DNA of 64,000 bases from Takakia lepidozioides (GCA_030704615.1 CM060731.1:38006001-38070000), one strand, 5' to 3'; positions 1 to 13,880 are shown, numbered from the stretch's first letter. Notes: generated by a model from the letters alone, not told the origin. Translations and numbers: made by a program.

Positions 1-926
1 CATTGATAATTAAGTATCAGTTTGCTTCATCAATCTATCGGTTTCCTTCACTCTTTCATTCAATCCACAGCTTCACTCAGATCTCTCTACACAGTGTGAT
101 TGTATCGTATAAGTATCAGATTATGATTTATCAGGTATCAGGCCGAAGCCATTGTGTCTCTAATCTGCTCTACAATATCACTACAGCTTTGCATATAACA
201 AGCATCTACTAATCCTCTTTCCTCCTTCATCGTGCTCTCCATCCTTTGCTTCCGATCTCCGCTCCCGCCTGACTAAGAAGTCCTCCTGGAATAATGATCC
301 CCCTCAATTCCCCGTTTTTCCCTTTATCTTCCTATCCGTAGTTCTAACCGTTTCCCTCACTAACCGTCGTCTGTGAACTAACATGTTCCCTTCAGGTGTT
401 GTTCCCCACAGTCGTTCCCTGTCCTACTCTTCGTTCCCTATGATCGTGACAGCTGTGTCAAGCTGTGACTGGCTGTGTGAACTGTGACGGCTGTGACTGG
501 CTGTGCGACTGTGTTTGGCTGTGTCGGGCTGTGACTGGCTGTGTGGCTGTGCCGGCTGTGTCGGCTGTGTCTGCTGCTGTGACGACTGTGACGGCTGTGA
601 TGGGCTGTGTCGGGCTGTGTTGGGTGCTGCTGTGACGACTGTGACTGGCTGTGTGGCTGTGTTGGCTGTGATTGGCTGTTACTGGCTGTGTGGCTGTGTT
701 GGCTGTGACTGGCTGTGTGGCTATGCCGGGCTGTGTCGACTGTGTAACCCCCTTCTACAGTGCGCTGTTGTCACCCCTAAGGCTCCTGTTGGTCTCAGTC
801 TGTGCAAAAATTAAGGGTACCCTACAGATCCCGTATAAGTGTCTAAGTCCCCTACAGTCTGTGCAAAAATTAAGGGTACCCTACAGATCCCGTATAAGTG
901 TCTAAGTCCCCTACAGTCCTCTAACA
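1..926 (-). repeat. Family A LTR (truncated by window edge)
   Basis: Ends ...CCTCTAACA at 926 (TGTTAGAGG on minus); GGCTGTG minisatellite ~450-745; 59-bp tandem duplication 796-913 bounded by CAGTC; homologous to the other LTR copies. Confidence 0.9.
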
Positions 927-1106
927 GTCCTTGAGGACCTGTTGTAGTTGTGGTGGAACTTCCACCAAGTGCTGGCCCTGAGCACTCCCTGCTACTGGCC
1001 CCACTATATTCACAGTATTCCCAGCTCCAGTTGCACTACTTCCCACACTCCCTGTCCCCCCAAAGCCAGATCCAGGCTACCCGCCTGATCCCCCTGAGCC
1101 GACACC
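927..1106 (-). pseudogene. 180-bp family A gag fragment left between two LTR insertions
   Basis: Matches 11908-12086 (GSGGSGG...GPQG region of gag). Confidence 0.85.
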
Positions 1107-2216
1107 TGTCGAGCGGCTTTTACTCACCCATCCCTTCGCTATCTGAGGTGGGAACTCCAAGATAGAAGAGTTGGAAATCTCTAAGCACTCAGCCCGCTCA
1201 GAACAATCAGTCATGACCTACAGCTAGTGTATCATGGGGGTGTTTCCTATTTGTACTCCTTCCCACATTCATGTTAGCGAGTTACCTTATTATCTGCAAT
1301 TAAGTATCAGTTTGCTTCAGAATTCTATCAAGTTCCATCCATTCATTCCACAGCTTCACTGAGGTCTCTCTACACAGTGTGAGTATGAAGTATGTATCAG
1401 ATTAATATCTATCAAGTATCAGGCTGAAGCCATGGTGTCTCTACATTACAATTCTACAGCTTGCATTCATCAAGTAACAACAGATCGTCACTTCTCCTAC
1501 TGCGTGCTCTTCATCTTTCCATTCAGAGATGTGCTCTCCCCTCTATTTCCCAGCCTTGATGTAAGAAGTCCCCCACCCAGAAGTGATCTCCAGACGTCCC
1601 CGCTCTTCGCTTTTTCTACCTACAAGCTGTTCTAACCGCTTTCCTAACTAACCGTCATCCATGTAGTACACGTTCCTTTTTCAGATGTCGTTCCCCCACC
1701 GTCGTTCCCTGCCAATGATAACCGTTCTCCAGTTGTGCCGAGCTGTGACTGGCTGTATCAGGCTGTATCGGGCTATGACTGGCTGTGTTGGGCTGTGTCG
1801 ACTGTGCAAAGCTGTGACGGCTGTGTGTCGACTGTGAGCTGTGTTGGGCTGTGTCGGACTGTGACGGACTGTGTTGGCTATGCGAAGCTGTGATGGGCTA
1901 TGTCGGCTGTGTCGGTTGTGTTGAACTGTGACGGGTTGTGTTGGCTGTGCGAGCTTGTGACGGGCTATGTCGGCTGTGTTGGCTGTGTTGGACTGTGACG
2001 GGCTGTGACGGCTGTGTCGGCTGTGTTGGACTGTGACGGCTGTGACGGGTTGTGTTGACTGTGACTGGCTGTGTTGGACTGTGACGAGTTGTGTATCTCC
2101 CCCCTAAAGCCTGTTGCTGTCCCCCCCTAAGGCTCTGTTGGTCTCAGTCTGTATAAAAATAAGGGTACCCCACAGATCCCGTAAAAAGCGGCTAAGTCCC
2201 AAGCAGCCCTCTAACA
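1107..2216 (-). repeat. 3' LTR of family A element
   Basis: TGTTAGAGG start (2216) next to PPT; ends ...AAGCCGCTCGACA (1107); minisatellite ~1730-2095. Confidence 0.88.
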
Positions 2217-2232
2217 TTTACCTTCCCCTCTC
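2217..2232 (-). other. Polypurine tract
   Basis: GAGAGGGGAAGGTAAA immediately before LTR; same tract at 30575-30591. Confidence 0.85.
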
Positions 2233-2254
2233 AAAAAGCCGTGTTGTCCACGGT

Positions 2255-5200
2255 TTACTGTTTGGGATTAGCAAACCTTTGTGAGCGAGCACCTTCTGAC
2301 GTTGAGAGTCTCGTGAAGGACTCCGTGTGCGAGCCCCGTGTCCTGTCACTGGTTGAGGGAGATGATTGAGCACTACCTGGAAATGTCAGTCCCTCCTTTG
2401 GCTGATATCGAGGTAATCGCTCAGGCATAGGAGACCCCCGTCGCTTCTTCTCTACCATCTGAATTGCATAGTCCTCTGCCATGTCAAAAGAGTCCGCTGA
2501 AGAAACAGTACTATCGAAATCCTCGTCCCCCTGAGGGTTGTTTTAACGGTCGAACTCTACGGAATTCTCTGGGGCAATACAATGTTGTCCCACCATGTCT
2601 GGAAGTTTAAACTGCAAAACTTGCTATAAGCGCTGAATGGCGAAATTGGTGAAGACCCTGAACTCTTTGTCCGAAAGGTAAGTGGTGTGCCAATGACTTG
2701 TGAATTGTGCAAGTATTTCCATGCCTCATTGTCTTTAAAGAAAATAGTCAGGTCCAAATTACTGTGTTGACAAATTGTTCAGGCCGCATGAAACCATGAA
2801 CGAATTTGAGAATCCTTTTGCATCATTAACTTTTTGCTTCATATAGGTACATATGAGGTGGCACTGCAGGTAAGATCCAATGATCCCCACGGGAATAACT
2901 CAGAAAAGCGCGATTGCATCTTCTGTTGCTCAATGTGATAACGTGCCAGAAAAAAAGCAGCGTAGTGCAGCCCATGACCATACTTGCTAACTCCTTGGTC
3001 TTGGTATAAATGAATCCATGTACAACTTGGAAGGCAATTAATTCCTTCAACATGGTACTTGCCCTCATGCAGTACCTTGCAAAGTGATGATCCTCAATTG
3101 GTCGATTGTTCGGAAGACCTTAGTCCTAGTTTGCCACTGGCAGCCAATGCGCACATGATCTGGTAGTAATGTGCTAACGACTGCGGAGGACTAAATTCCT
3201 TCCAAGCCAAATCCAACACATGGGAATTTGGTTTTGAAGGGGCATAATCATAGCCCGACTGTACTCCCGTGCAGCAGGAGTTTTAGGTGGGTTAAAAGCA
3301 GCATCCCCCCATACCTCAAGCTGTGGCGGCTGTGGTGTGGCTGTAGTAACAACAAGGTCAGCTACTGTCACAGTCACTTGTTGTGGTATTGGTATCACTT
3401 GCTCTTATACCACTGGCATCTCCTGCACCCCCTGCGAAGAAGACTGAAAAGCTAAAGTTCTGGCTTGTAAATATGAAGCCATCAGCTTGCTCTCAGGTAT
3501 AAAGACTCTTTGTCAATATTTGATGTCAGGTCCTCACCTAAGTCTGCAGGCCATCTACACTCCTCTTGTAGCTCCGCTATCCTACTATAGACATTGTCTA
3601 TAGTAGTTGTGGCAATGTTCTGCACCTGCAGCCTGAGTTCATTTATCTCGCCTTGGGTGAGCTTCCGTGGTGCTTTGCCTTCCACCGGCCCTTGCGCTAA
3701 CAAGGCTTGCAAAGGTGGTTATCCACCAAGTTGCGTGTGGCACCCCTGAGAGTCTGCTCCTTTGTGAGCCTGTACACATCTATCTGCTGTTGTAAAGCCT
3801 CCATGCGCTTCGCATGAGGTTCAACCAAACTCGCATAGGCAGCAGCCAGATTATTGGCTTCCTTCCAAGCCTTGTTAGCCACAGAGAGTTCATTCTCTTT
3901 ACCATGACCGTTTGTTGCAATTCCAGGATGTACCTCTCTTGGTCAGCTTCAACCTGTCTGTATTGCTTGAAAGTATTCTCATTGCAAGAGATTGTATTCT
4001 TCATATCGACAATGAGTTTCGCTTGCTCGACATTCTTTGCCTCTGCCTACGTACATCTTTCCGCTTGACTGTTAACTTCTATTGTACTTGCTCAAGCGTA
4101 GTTGTGAGTGTAGCACAATGTATGGCGCTGTTGCTTATGTGCTTCGTGCAACTGGTCCTGGCGCGAGCCTGCTTCATCAAATGTTTCCTTGGCCAACTGC
4201 AAAGAGCTGTTGTATCCTCTAACTCTTGCTGTAATTTGAGAGTGACCTCCTCATCAACCTTGTTTGGCACACTCAGTGGCAAGGTCGCGCTCAAACTCAT
4301 TCCTGAGTTCCTCCCTTAAAGCTGCCAATTGGGTAGTTGGAACATGGGATTTGACATAAGTGCCCAACAAATTAAGTGTCCGGCTTATGGAACTCATAAG
4401 CATGGCCTGTTGAGGGTCATCATGGTGAGCTTGCTGCTGTTCTCCCCTGATCCTCAACAGTGTGTGATGCCTCACGAACCATTCAGGCCATTGCCCCACC
4501 AGATTTTCTTCCTGAACCACCTCATCCACCACAGGTGCTGCAGTGTCTTGATATTCTCCTCCTGGTACCTCCGTCACAGGTTGGGGTTATTACATGCACA
4601 GCAGGGTTTCCCTGGACACTCTCTGCACCTATGGAATCATTGTTTCCCTTATCAAGCCAGAATTTTCATAGAGAAGGTCACCCTTCTCAATTTCGGCCAC
4701 GACCTGTTCTGTAGTGGGAATGTCTAATCTTTCTCCTTCTTGAGCAATTGGGGTGATGTCACAGGCATATACTAATTGTGGAAACTCTAAAACAATAGAG
4801 TCAATTTGCTGTGGTGGCTGTGACATCGAAGTGACTTCCTTTTTCCCTCTCTGAAGGCCCTGCTTCCAATAATAGAGCTCTCTGTGCTGCTGTGCCCCTT
4901 CTTTGCACAAGAGCTTGGGAAATATTATCATGCGGCTTCGTGAAGCCAGTGGATCCGCCACTACAGTCTTTCCCCGCCGCTGTCTCTTAGACTGGGGTTG
5001 CATTGCCAGTCCACCCTCACTGTGTGAAGAGCCTTGCTCTTCAATGGCAGTGTTTCTGCTTCAAACCTCCCATCTCCTTTCTCTCCCGAGTATCAAGTAT
5101 GCAAGAATCAAGAATTATTTGAGCAATGATTGGACCGGACACAATGATTTGGAGACTTTGCGAGCAGTGCCTGAACCTCTCATCTGTCAACCAATCGTTG

Positions 5201-6150
5201 TACATTAACTCTGCCAGCAACATCCTCTCCCCTCAAAGATTTCAGGATCTCCTCTGTGAAAGACCTGCTCAAATATTGTTGGTTCTGTTTCATGGCAAAC
5301 AGAACGTTCAAGATTTGGCCAACCTCCCTAAGCCCTGGGTACTCGGCTTTGGTACAAACAAAACCTTGAGTTTTAAAGAAACTCCCTTCTTGAAACAAAT
5401 TCTCTATCCGCAATCTTGCCCTGTGCTCATCCACCTCCACATGTCCTGATGGCAAATCAAACAGTTGCTGCAGGGGGTACTGGGGAGTAATTTCTATATC
5501 TACTATCTACTCTACTCCCTCACCTGAGTAACTCCTGTCTGAGGCTCAAAGTTCTGAAGAAATTGTATCATGAACTAACGATGATGCAAGGACCAATCCT
5601 TGCGTAGCAATCCCTCCAATCGCAGCTTCTTCAGTAGCTGCATCGTCTGTGGTGTAGTAATCGTTTGCTTCTGTAAGATTGTGGTGCTCTTCACCCTGAT
5701 ATCCTCCATTCCTCTCACTCTCTTCATTCTAGACAAACAGAAAGGTTTTGGTTGCAACAACTGAAGAAATGCATGCAGGGCACAACACATAAAAGTATGG
5801 TTGGCGCAGAATGAAATGGGTAAGTGCTCGTAAGCTTGTGGGGCTTGCAAGTATCGATTAAGAGAAAAGGTACTATTTGTTCGTCCGTCCTTCGGCCACT
5901 GCGTAAGTAGTAATGCGAGTGTGTAGTTTGTTATTTCCGCAATAGCTTCAAAGCTATAGCTTTGATTGTCTCTCCTGACGAGACGCCCGTTACTTGGAAC
6001 GACGCCGACTCTTTCGCTCATAATCCCTCCATTTTCTTGATTTTGTTTCTTGGAAATTACCCTCTGCAGATAATTCTGGCTGGTGATTGGCTGTTGGCGG
6101 TGTGATTTGTTTTGTAATTTAATTTCCTCCCATGGATTTTCCATTCTGGA
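2255..6150 (-). pseudogene. Extra sense ORF downstream of integrase (Athila ORF2/env-like position), frameshifted
   Basis: Collinear fragments matching + strand ORFs 21472-23778 and 29159-30553; long coiled-coil; start position uncertain. Confidence 0.75.
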
Positions 6151-6484
6151 CTGTCCACTAGGATACCCATGTGAACATGGATTTCGCTTTTTGGTACTTT
6201 TAAAGGGTTCCGTTACCCTTTCCCTGTATGCATTAATGGGCCCATAATAAGTTAATATGCCATGTAGGTACTTTGACGGCCAATTTTGTCTTTCTGATGA
6301 CAGTTCGCTCTTTCTTGCAATCCATGTCCGGCTGTGTGTCTTGCCCTGGCGTCCACGTTTCCATATCCTAACGTGGCCTCCGTCCACTTTTCTTCTTCCG
6401 CCGGCCACTCTCCGGTTGTTAACCCACGTCCACCTGTCACTGATCCTATGGATTGTGTAACCCCAGTAAGTTTGTGTTTGAGTT

Positions 6485-6625
6485 GTGTGACAGGCTGTGT
6501 CATACTGTGGTACACTGTGATAGGCTGTGTGCCCTATGGTAAGGCTGTGATAGGCTTGTGACACGCTGTGGTAGGTTGTGATAGGCTGTTGTCACTGTGA
6601 TGGGCTGTGATAGGCTGTGCCACAC
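6485..6625. repeat. Internal 10-bp-period GGCTGTGATA-type array
   Basis: Repeated ggctgtgata/ctgtg units just after integrase; equivalent at 20740-20980. Confidence 0.8.
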
Positions 6626-6634
6626 TTGTACTGC

Positions 6635-9600
6635 CCGCCCTGGTCATATACGCTCGGCCTAGCGACAAGTGCTCCATACTCCGTTGGTATCACTGGCGCA
6701 GCCCGTGACTGCTTCTGCGTTTCAACATGCAAATCATGCTGCAATGGTTTGTCATGGATACCACTTACCCCTTCAACTTATTGGCATTGACTCTTCCCAG
6801 CATCTCTTTGTTAATGGTTTGTAACATGTTGGTGTTGTTATCATACTTTTTTGTATGACATAAGGTCCTTTCCATGGTGATTTAAGCTTAGAAGCTTTAA
6901 TCTTTCCCTTCTTCTGCAACCAGAGAACCAAATCTCCCGTCTTAAAAGTCTTTAACTTGCCTTCATCAAACTGTTCCTTTCTCTTCATCTGAATTCTGGT
7001 CATGTTATCAGCTGCATCAGCACGTACTTCTTCCACATGGTATAATTCATGGTTTCTGACCTTAATTGAATCTTGCAATTCCATTCTCTTTCCCCATTCC
7101 GTTCTCATGGTAGGTAACAGGAATTCCACTGGAAGTAAAGCTTCCATACCATAAACTAATTGGAATGGTGTATACTTAGTGGTGACTTTATATGAAGTCA
7201 TGTATGACCACAAAGCTGTCAGCAGCTTTGTATCCCAATCCGTTCTGTTTGCATTGACTATCTTAGCCAAGATAGTACATAGTATTTTGTTGGTAGCCTT
7301 TGCCTGCCCATTACCCTGTGGGTAATACGTTGTACTCTTCCTATGCACAATCATGAACTCTTTAGTCAATAGTTCAATGGTCTCATTAATGAAGTGACTT
7401 CCCTGATTACTGATAAATTCCAAGGGACAGCCAAATTGTGTAAGTATGTTCTCATACAGGAACCTTGCTGTGGACTTGGCTGTGTTGTCCCTCAAAGCTT
7501 TAGCTTCCACCCACTTCGTAGTATATATCAGTGGCTGTAATTATGTACCTGTTCTGTGTATTCTTGGCTGGTGGGTTAATTGGTCCAACAAAGTCTAGTC
7601 CCCATTTCTGAAATGGTTCCATAGGCATTGTAGGATGCAAAGCCATCTTCCCAGATCTTTGCAAAGGTCCTAGCCTCTGACATTCATCACAACTCTGACA
7701 ATACTTGTGTACATCTTTGAACAAAGTAGGCCACCAGTAACCTGCCAGTAGTATCTTCCTACTGGTAGTCTCTTCTCCAAAATGACCTCCAGCCACTCCT
7801 TTATGAACTTCCTCCAAAACTTTATTTACTTCATGGTGGTACAAGCATCGTTTAAGTACTCCATGAGGTCCTAGCTTATACATTCTGCCTCCTACCATAG
7901 TATAAGGTAGAGCCTTGATAGCGATTCTCTTCCTTTGCTCCCTTACCATAACTAGGTGGGCACTGACCATGAGTAAGGTAGTATTTGATTGGCCACTGCC
8001 AATCTAACCATTCATCTGCACTTCCTTGCACCTCCATTACAAATAAACTCGCATCAGGTAACTGATCGTCTACTCCTGTGGCGGCTTCTCTTGTTGTTAG
8101 TCGTGACAAATGATCTGCCACAAGATGCAAACGGCCAGGCTTGTAAACAACTTCGAACTCAAACTCGTGCAAGATTATTAACCACCTCGCTATCCTTCCA
8201 CTTATCAAAGGTTTGTTCACCAGATATATCAGAGCCTGGTGATCCACATAAAACACAAACTTTCTTCCCAATAGGTAATGCCTGAATTTCTTGACTGCAT
8301 AAATCATTGCCAGTGCTTCTCTTTCAGTTGTGCTATAGTTCCTTTCAGCACTGTTCATCAACCTGCTAGCATAGTACACAGGTGAATCTATATTTCCTGT
8401 AACATTTTGGGCTAACACCGCTCCCAACGCTTCTCCTGAGGCATCACAGTGAACATGAAATACTACATGCCAGTGAGGGTTAATCAGCACAGGTGTAGTT
8501 GTTACTGACAATGTAAGTTCCTCAAAAGCCTGTTGACATTCAGCTGTCCATGCAAACACTGCATCTTTCTTCAGAAGCTTGCTCAATGGTGCTGCTATTT
8601 GTGCATACCTTTTGACAAACCTTCTGTAATAACTGGTTTGCCCAAGGAATCTCCTTAGACTCTTAACATTTACTGGTGGTGGAGAGGCTTTAATGGCCTC
8701 TGTCTTCCTGGGATCCACAAGAAGTCCCCTCTTACACACAATGTGTCCCAGAAGCACCCCTGAGTTCACACAGAAATTACATTTCTCTGGATTCAGGCCC
8801 AGACCTCTCATTCTGCATCTGGCCAGACATAACTCCAACTTATGCAAGTGCTCATTCTTAGAGCTGTACACACTAAAATCATCCAAGAACACCTGCATGA
8901 AATCATCCAGATACTCATGAAAAGATTCACTTATCACTCTCTGAAAGGTTGCTGGTGCATTACAAAGTCCAAAGGGCATGACTTTGTATGCATAAGCACC
9001 CCAGTCTGTGATGAAAGCTGTCTTCCCTGGTCTTCTTCTGCCACTTACACTTGATTATAACCACTGAAGCCATCCATGAATGAGTACATCTCATGGCCTG
9101 CCACAGTGTCCAATACCGCTTTTGTGAATGGTAAGGGAAAATGATCTTTCTTCGTGCAAGCATTCAACTTCTTATAGTTCACACAAACTCTCAGTTTACC
9201 ATTCTTCTTGGGAACTATCACAATGGGTGACAACCAAGTTGTATACTCTATTGGGTATATAAACTTAGCCTCAGCCAACTTCTTGATCTCTTCTCCAACC
9301 TTCTGTGCATAGTTGGGATTCATTCTGTACCTTGCCTATTTGATTGGTACTGACCCTGGTTCCAGTTCAATCTTATGCTGACAGATTTCAGGTGGTATCC
9401 CTTTTAGATCCTCATAGCTCCAAGCAAATACATCTCTGTATTTGATGAACAAACTCTTAGCTTCTTCAAAGAATTCTGGCTCCAAATCAGCTCCTACCTT
9501 TACCATCCTCAGTTCCTCTTAGTTCCCACATTCACTTCCCTCACCTGCTCATCAGCCGTGATTGTCCAACCAGTCACCACTTCATCCTGTAAACTCACAG

Positions 9601-10210
9601 TGGTGGTTCCTCTAGGATTCCATTTCTATTCCAATAGAAATGTGATGGGTAACTGATGGTTTTCTCTTCAATTGTGTTGTTGACACTACACCACAGCAGA
9701 TACCTCTTAAACAACTTAGGCCTTCCAGCCGCATCTCTCCAACCTGCTCCCACTCTGGGTGTGCAGCGAACATGGTAGCTTCCTGCTCCTCATCAAGTCT
9801 TCCCCTCCAATCATACTCTCTGACCCCTCGAGGTCTTCTCGTAGCAGGTAATCTACTAGATTTCTTAGTGGTAATTTGTATCTCGTGCATCCCATTATGC
9901 ACAGTTAGTAACTGAGAATTCCAGTCATGGAATACCCTGGCCTGTTTCAGTCACGGACGTCCCAATAATAAGGAGTAAGCCTCCATGACTTCATCCATCT
10001 TTAACACAGTTACTGTGATCATAAAGATCATCTTCTGTATCTGTATCTTAACTTCTCTTATCAATCCCAATGGCTGTACACTTCTTTGATCTGCCATTGT
10101 AATTGTAAATGGGGCTGGTTTCATGATCTATCAGTACATCAGTTAGTTCTGTGCTTCCAATTCTCAATTGGATTATTGGCATAGAATCATCAAAGTCCAT
10201 GACTGTTTCT
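6635..10210 (-). pseudogene. pol: pol: aspartic protease (partly deleted), RT, RNase H, integrase
   Basis: MPFGLCNAPATFQR, FLDDF, HCDASG, YYASR, H..H..C..C integrase zinc finger, WGLDFVGP, YPQGNGQ, WKGPY; frameshifts. Confidence 0.95.
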
Positions 10211-13046
10211 CGCCCTTCCGGCTTCACATTATAACTGGTCACCTTGCTGTTCAGGTCTGTGTTTCCTGTCTCCTGGGCAATTCGATTGATTGCTTGATAC
10301 AGCCTGTGTCTACAATAAGGTGCCACAGCCAATAGTTGTCCAATGGTAATCTCTGCTTTGGTCTGGCATATTACTTCAGCCAAGGTCCCTTCATTACTTT
10401 GCATGTCTGCAACTTCTTTCTTCCTTTCATCCTCACTCACTTCTTCTTCTCCATCAGAATCAGAGGAATCTGCCACAGGAATATCAGTACTCTTCTGCAT
10501 TTCCCTTATGATATCTGCCACTTCCTTGTGCAGTTTCTTCTCATCTCTCCAAGCCTCATCATCTTCAGGCATATCACTGCCATCTTCATTATCATCATCT
10601 TCCTCAACTACTAGAGGTATTAGTTTGGCTTTGCTTCTTGTTATTATCATTGTACTTACTTCTGGTACAACACATGGCCTAACCATGTGAGCTGCCACCA
10701 CTGGGCCCTCATTCACAGGAGCTCTCATCTCATTCATCCAGAACAAACAGGCTGCCTTGCGATGTCCTGGCTGATTACAATAGTAACACAGTTCTTCACC
10801 ATTGGGTCCTCGCCCTTGGTCTGCTCTTGGATTATTTCTGTAATCCTGATTCCCTGGCTGGTAATTCCCCCTTGGATTACCCTGATAGTTGCTTCTGGAT
10901 TTTTTTTGATAATTCCCTCTTGAATTACCTCTCCCTTCCATGCCATTGTTATAACCACCAGGCCTACCATAGTGGTCATGATCACTGTTTCTTCTTGGCT
11001 GGGGCTGCACTTGATGCACCCTTACTTGCCTAGGTTCCCTAGCTGCTGTCCTTCTGTTGTAGTAACAATTCTCAGTAGAATGGTTATCCATTTTATAGAT
11101 AGTACAATGTTTCTCCTTCATGTGGCATTCAGTGGTGGTATGGCCTTCATTCTGGCATTTTGCACACCAAACATCCTTCCTCCAATGTGTTGCAGCCTCT
11201 GTGGCATACTTCTTCAAGATTTCTTCTAATCTTTTCTCATAGTTATCCCTCTTCAACTTCTCCTTTCTCTTACTCTTCCTTTTCAGTTCTTGCTCTTTTT
11301 CTTCATCTGACTCATCCTCAGAGTCCTCATCATCCATTTTCTCTCTCCTGAGCATTCCCAAATTGCTCAATTCTGTTTGCAGTTTCAAATGACTCCTCCA
11401 CTGTATTATGGGGTAACATATCCACTTTCTTCTGCAACTCTGGTCTTAGTCCACTCACAAACCAAGTCTTCTGTAAACCTGGTGCTGGTACAGCAGCCAG
11501 CTTTTTCATCATCAATTCCATCTTTTCCATATACTTCTCAACAGTTTCATGCTTCTTTTGCTTTAACTGTTGTAAACTTCCATACACTTCATCCTCAGTT
11601 TTACTTGTCCTGAACCTATTTCGGAATGCTGTATTCAAGCCATTCCAGGTTAGGAAATGATTATCAGGGAATCTTGCATACCATTCACTTGCTTTCTTTA
11701 TAAGTGAACAAGGAAACAATCTCATCTTGGCATCATCGCCATTCTCATTGTTCACTATATACATGTGCTCAAATTGGCTAATGTGTACTTCGGGATCCCC
11801 TTTTCATGAATATATTGGAAAAGGTGGTTTTGCCCGTGTTGGTTGTAACGCCATCTGTGGCCCTACCTTCTGCCCACTAACAGGTGCTGGCACCCTTGCT
11901 GGTGCTGGTCCTTGAGGACCTTGTAGTTGTGGTGGATCTTCCACCCAGTGGTGGCCCCTGAGCACTCCCTACTACTGGCCCCACGATATTGACAGTATTC
12001 CCAGCTCCAGTTGCACTACTTCCCACACTCCCTGTCCCCCCAGAGCCAGATCCAGGCAGCCCGCCCGATCCCCCTGAGCCGACACCTTCGTTGGCCTGTG
12101 ATCCAAGTGCTCCACTTGATCCAGGTCCAACGGGTTGGGATGTCCTGGTTGTAGTCTCAACCTCAGCTGTTGGGTCTACTTCTTCATACTCTTCCTCTTC
12201 CAATTTCTTCTCTCTATTTTCATCCTCCAAGTTCTGCCCTTGGGTTTCTTCTTCACTCATGTAACTCAACTGCAACGGTGTTGGAGAGTCTGAACTCTCC
12301 GTTGGCTCTGCCACATCCTCTCCTCCTTCTTCACCTTCCGCTTCAGAAACTGGAGTTCTTGCTTTTGGTGTTCCATGCCAACTCTTATCAAAGATTTCTT
12401 TCAAATCTTTTATCCAGGGATGTACCTCAGATCTTTCACCTCGTGGTTGATCTTCTTCCAGTACCAATTCCCTTAATCTTTCTTGCAAAGAAAAAGAAGG
12501 AGTGGCATCCAACTCTAGTTCTTCCGGTATGGGTGATGTACTCTCTGATCTTAATGGTGTGAGAGGTCCACATGATTCCCCTATGTCTATTCCTCTCTCC
12601 CAAAGATATGGATAATTAGCTTTCAAATAACTTTCTCTTTTTGCTGAATATCTCTGGAGTCTAGCTTCTCTTTCATCACTCATGTCCCATGTCTTTATCA
12701 CTCCTTTCTCTAGACCCCACTCAGGGTCAGCATCATGCACTCTCTTAAGAATGTTTTCTTTACAACCGTCTGGCAATTCCAAGAACCTCTGAAAGAATTG
12801 TTTGGACAATCTTTCCTTCTCAGTTTCACAGGGAATTTGATTCACATCAAATTCTTTGATTCTCCAACCACCATGATCCCACCAGATGCCTGTCACATCT
12901 GGTTGTTCATGACCCAATTCCCCAGTATGGTCGCCAAATGTCGAACGACTTTTACTCACCCATCCCTTCGCTATCCGAGGTGGAAACTCCAAGATATAAG
13001 AGTTGGATATCTCTAAGCACTCAACCCGCTCAGAACAATCAGTCAT
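10211..13046 (-). pseudogene. gag: gag with long N-terminal extension, capsid-like domain and three CCHC-type knuckles
   Basis: KMRLFPCSL..ASEW..W..L..AF..RF, CAKCQNEGHTTTEC, CYYCNQPGHRKAAC. Confidence 0.9.
12919..12936 (-). other. Primer binding site (tRNA-Arg-like)
   Basis: TGGCGACCATACTGGGGA 2 nt after LTR end ...CGACA; identical at 46774-46791; tRNA identity inferred from resemblance to TGGCGACTCCACTGGGGA. Confidence 0.75.
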
Positions 13047-13880
13047 GACCTACAGCTAGTGAATCATGGTTGTGCTTCCTATTTGTATTCCTTTCTGCCT
13101 TCATGTTATCAATTTATCTTACCGTGTATACTGAAGCATCAGATTGCTTCAGTATCTACTAAGTTCTAGTTAATCATGCATTCATTCCACAGCTTCTCTC
13201 GTGTCTCTCTACACAGTATGTTTGTATCAATTCAGTATCGGATTAAGATTAATCATGTATCATGCCTATGCCATGGTGTCTCTATTCCATCCTACTATAT
13301 AATTCTACAGCTTGCATGAACTAAGCCTCATTCAAGTCATCATCTCCTGTTCACTGTTTCCCGCTCTCCGTTACGTTTCTTCCTCCCTCCAACAAGTCGT
13401 CCTCCTCCCGCAGTGATCCCCTTCCCGTTGCCGCTCTCCTAATCTACCCGCAAGCTGTTCTAACCTCCTAACTAACTAACCGTCACCCCTGAAGTAACAC
13501 GTTCCCTCTGCAGATGTCGTTCCCTCACAGTCGTTCCCTGTCAATGATAACTGTTTCCCATGTACTATGACAGGCTGTGACAGGCTGTGTCAAGTTGTGC
13601 CGAGTTGTGACTGGCTGTGTAAAGCTGTGTCGGGTTGTGACTGGCTGTGCGAAGCTGTGTCGGGCTGTGTAAAGTTGTGTCGGGCTGTGTCGGGCTGTGT
13701 TGGGCTGTGTAAAGCTGTGTCGGGCTGTGACTGGCTGTGCGAAGCTGTGTCGGGCTATGTAACCCCCCTAAAGCCTGTTCCTGCCACCCCTAAGGCCCCT
13801 GTTGGTCTCAGTCTGCGCAAAAATTAAGGGTACCCCACAGAACCCATAAAAACGTCTAAGCCCCAAGCAGCCCTCTAACA
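12939..13880 (-). repeat. 5' LTR of family A element
   Basis: TGTTAGAGG at 13880, CGACA end at 12939 followed by PBS. Confidence 0.9.

Larger units (their letters stand above)
1107..13880 (-). mobile_element. Family A Ty3/Gypsy LTR retrotransposon (Athila/Tat-like non-chromovirus), near full length, degenerate
   Basis: Order LTR-PBS-gag-PR-RT-RH-INT-extra ORF-PPT-LTR on minus strand; termini TG...CA. Confidence 0.92.

Noticed and set aside
503-814. Cys-rich metallothionein-like ORFs (also 13567-13827, 47413-47607)
   Set aside because: Translations of the GGCTGTG LTR minisatellite; frames not conserved between copies
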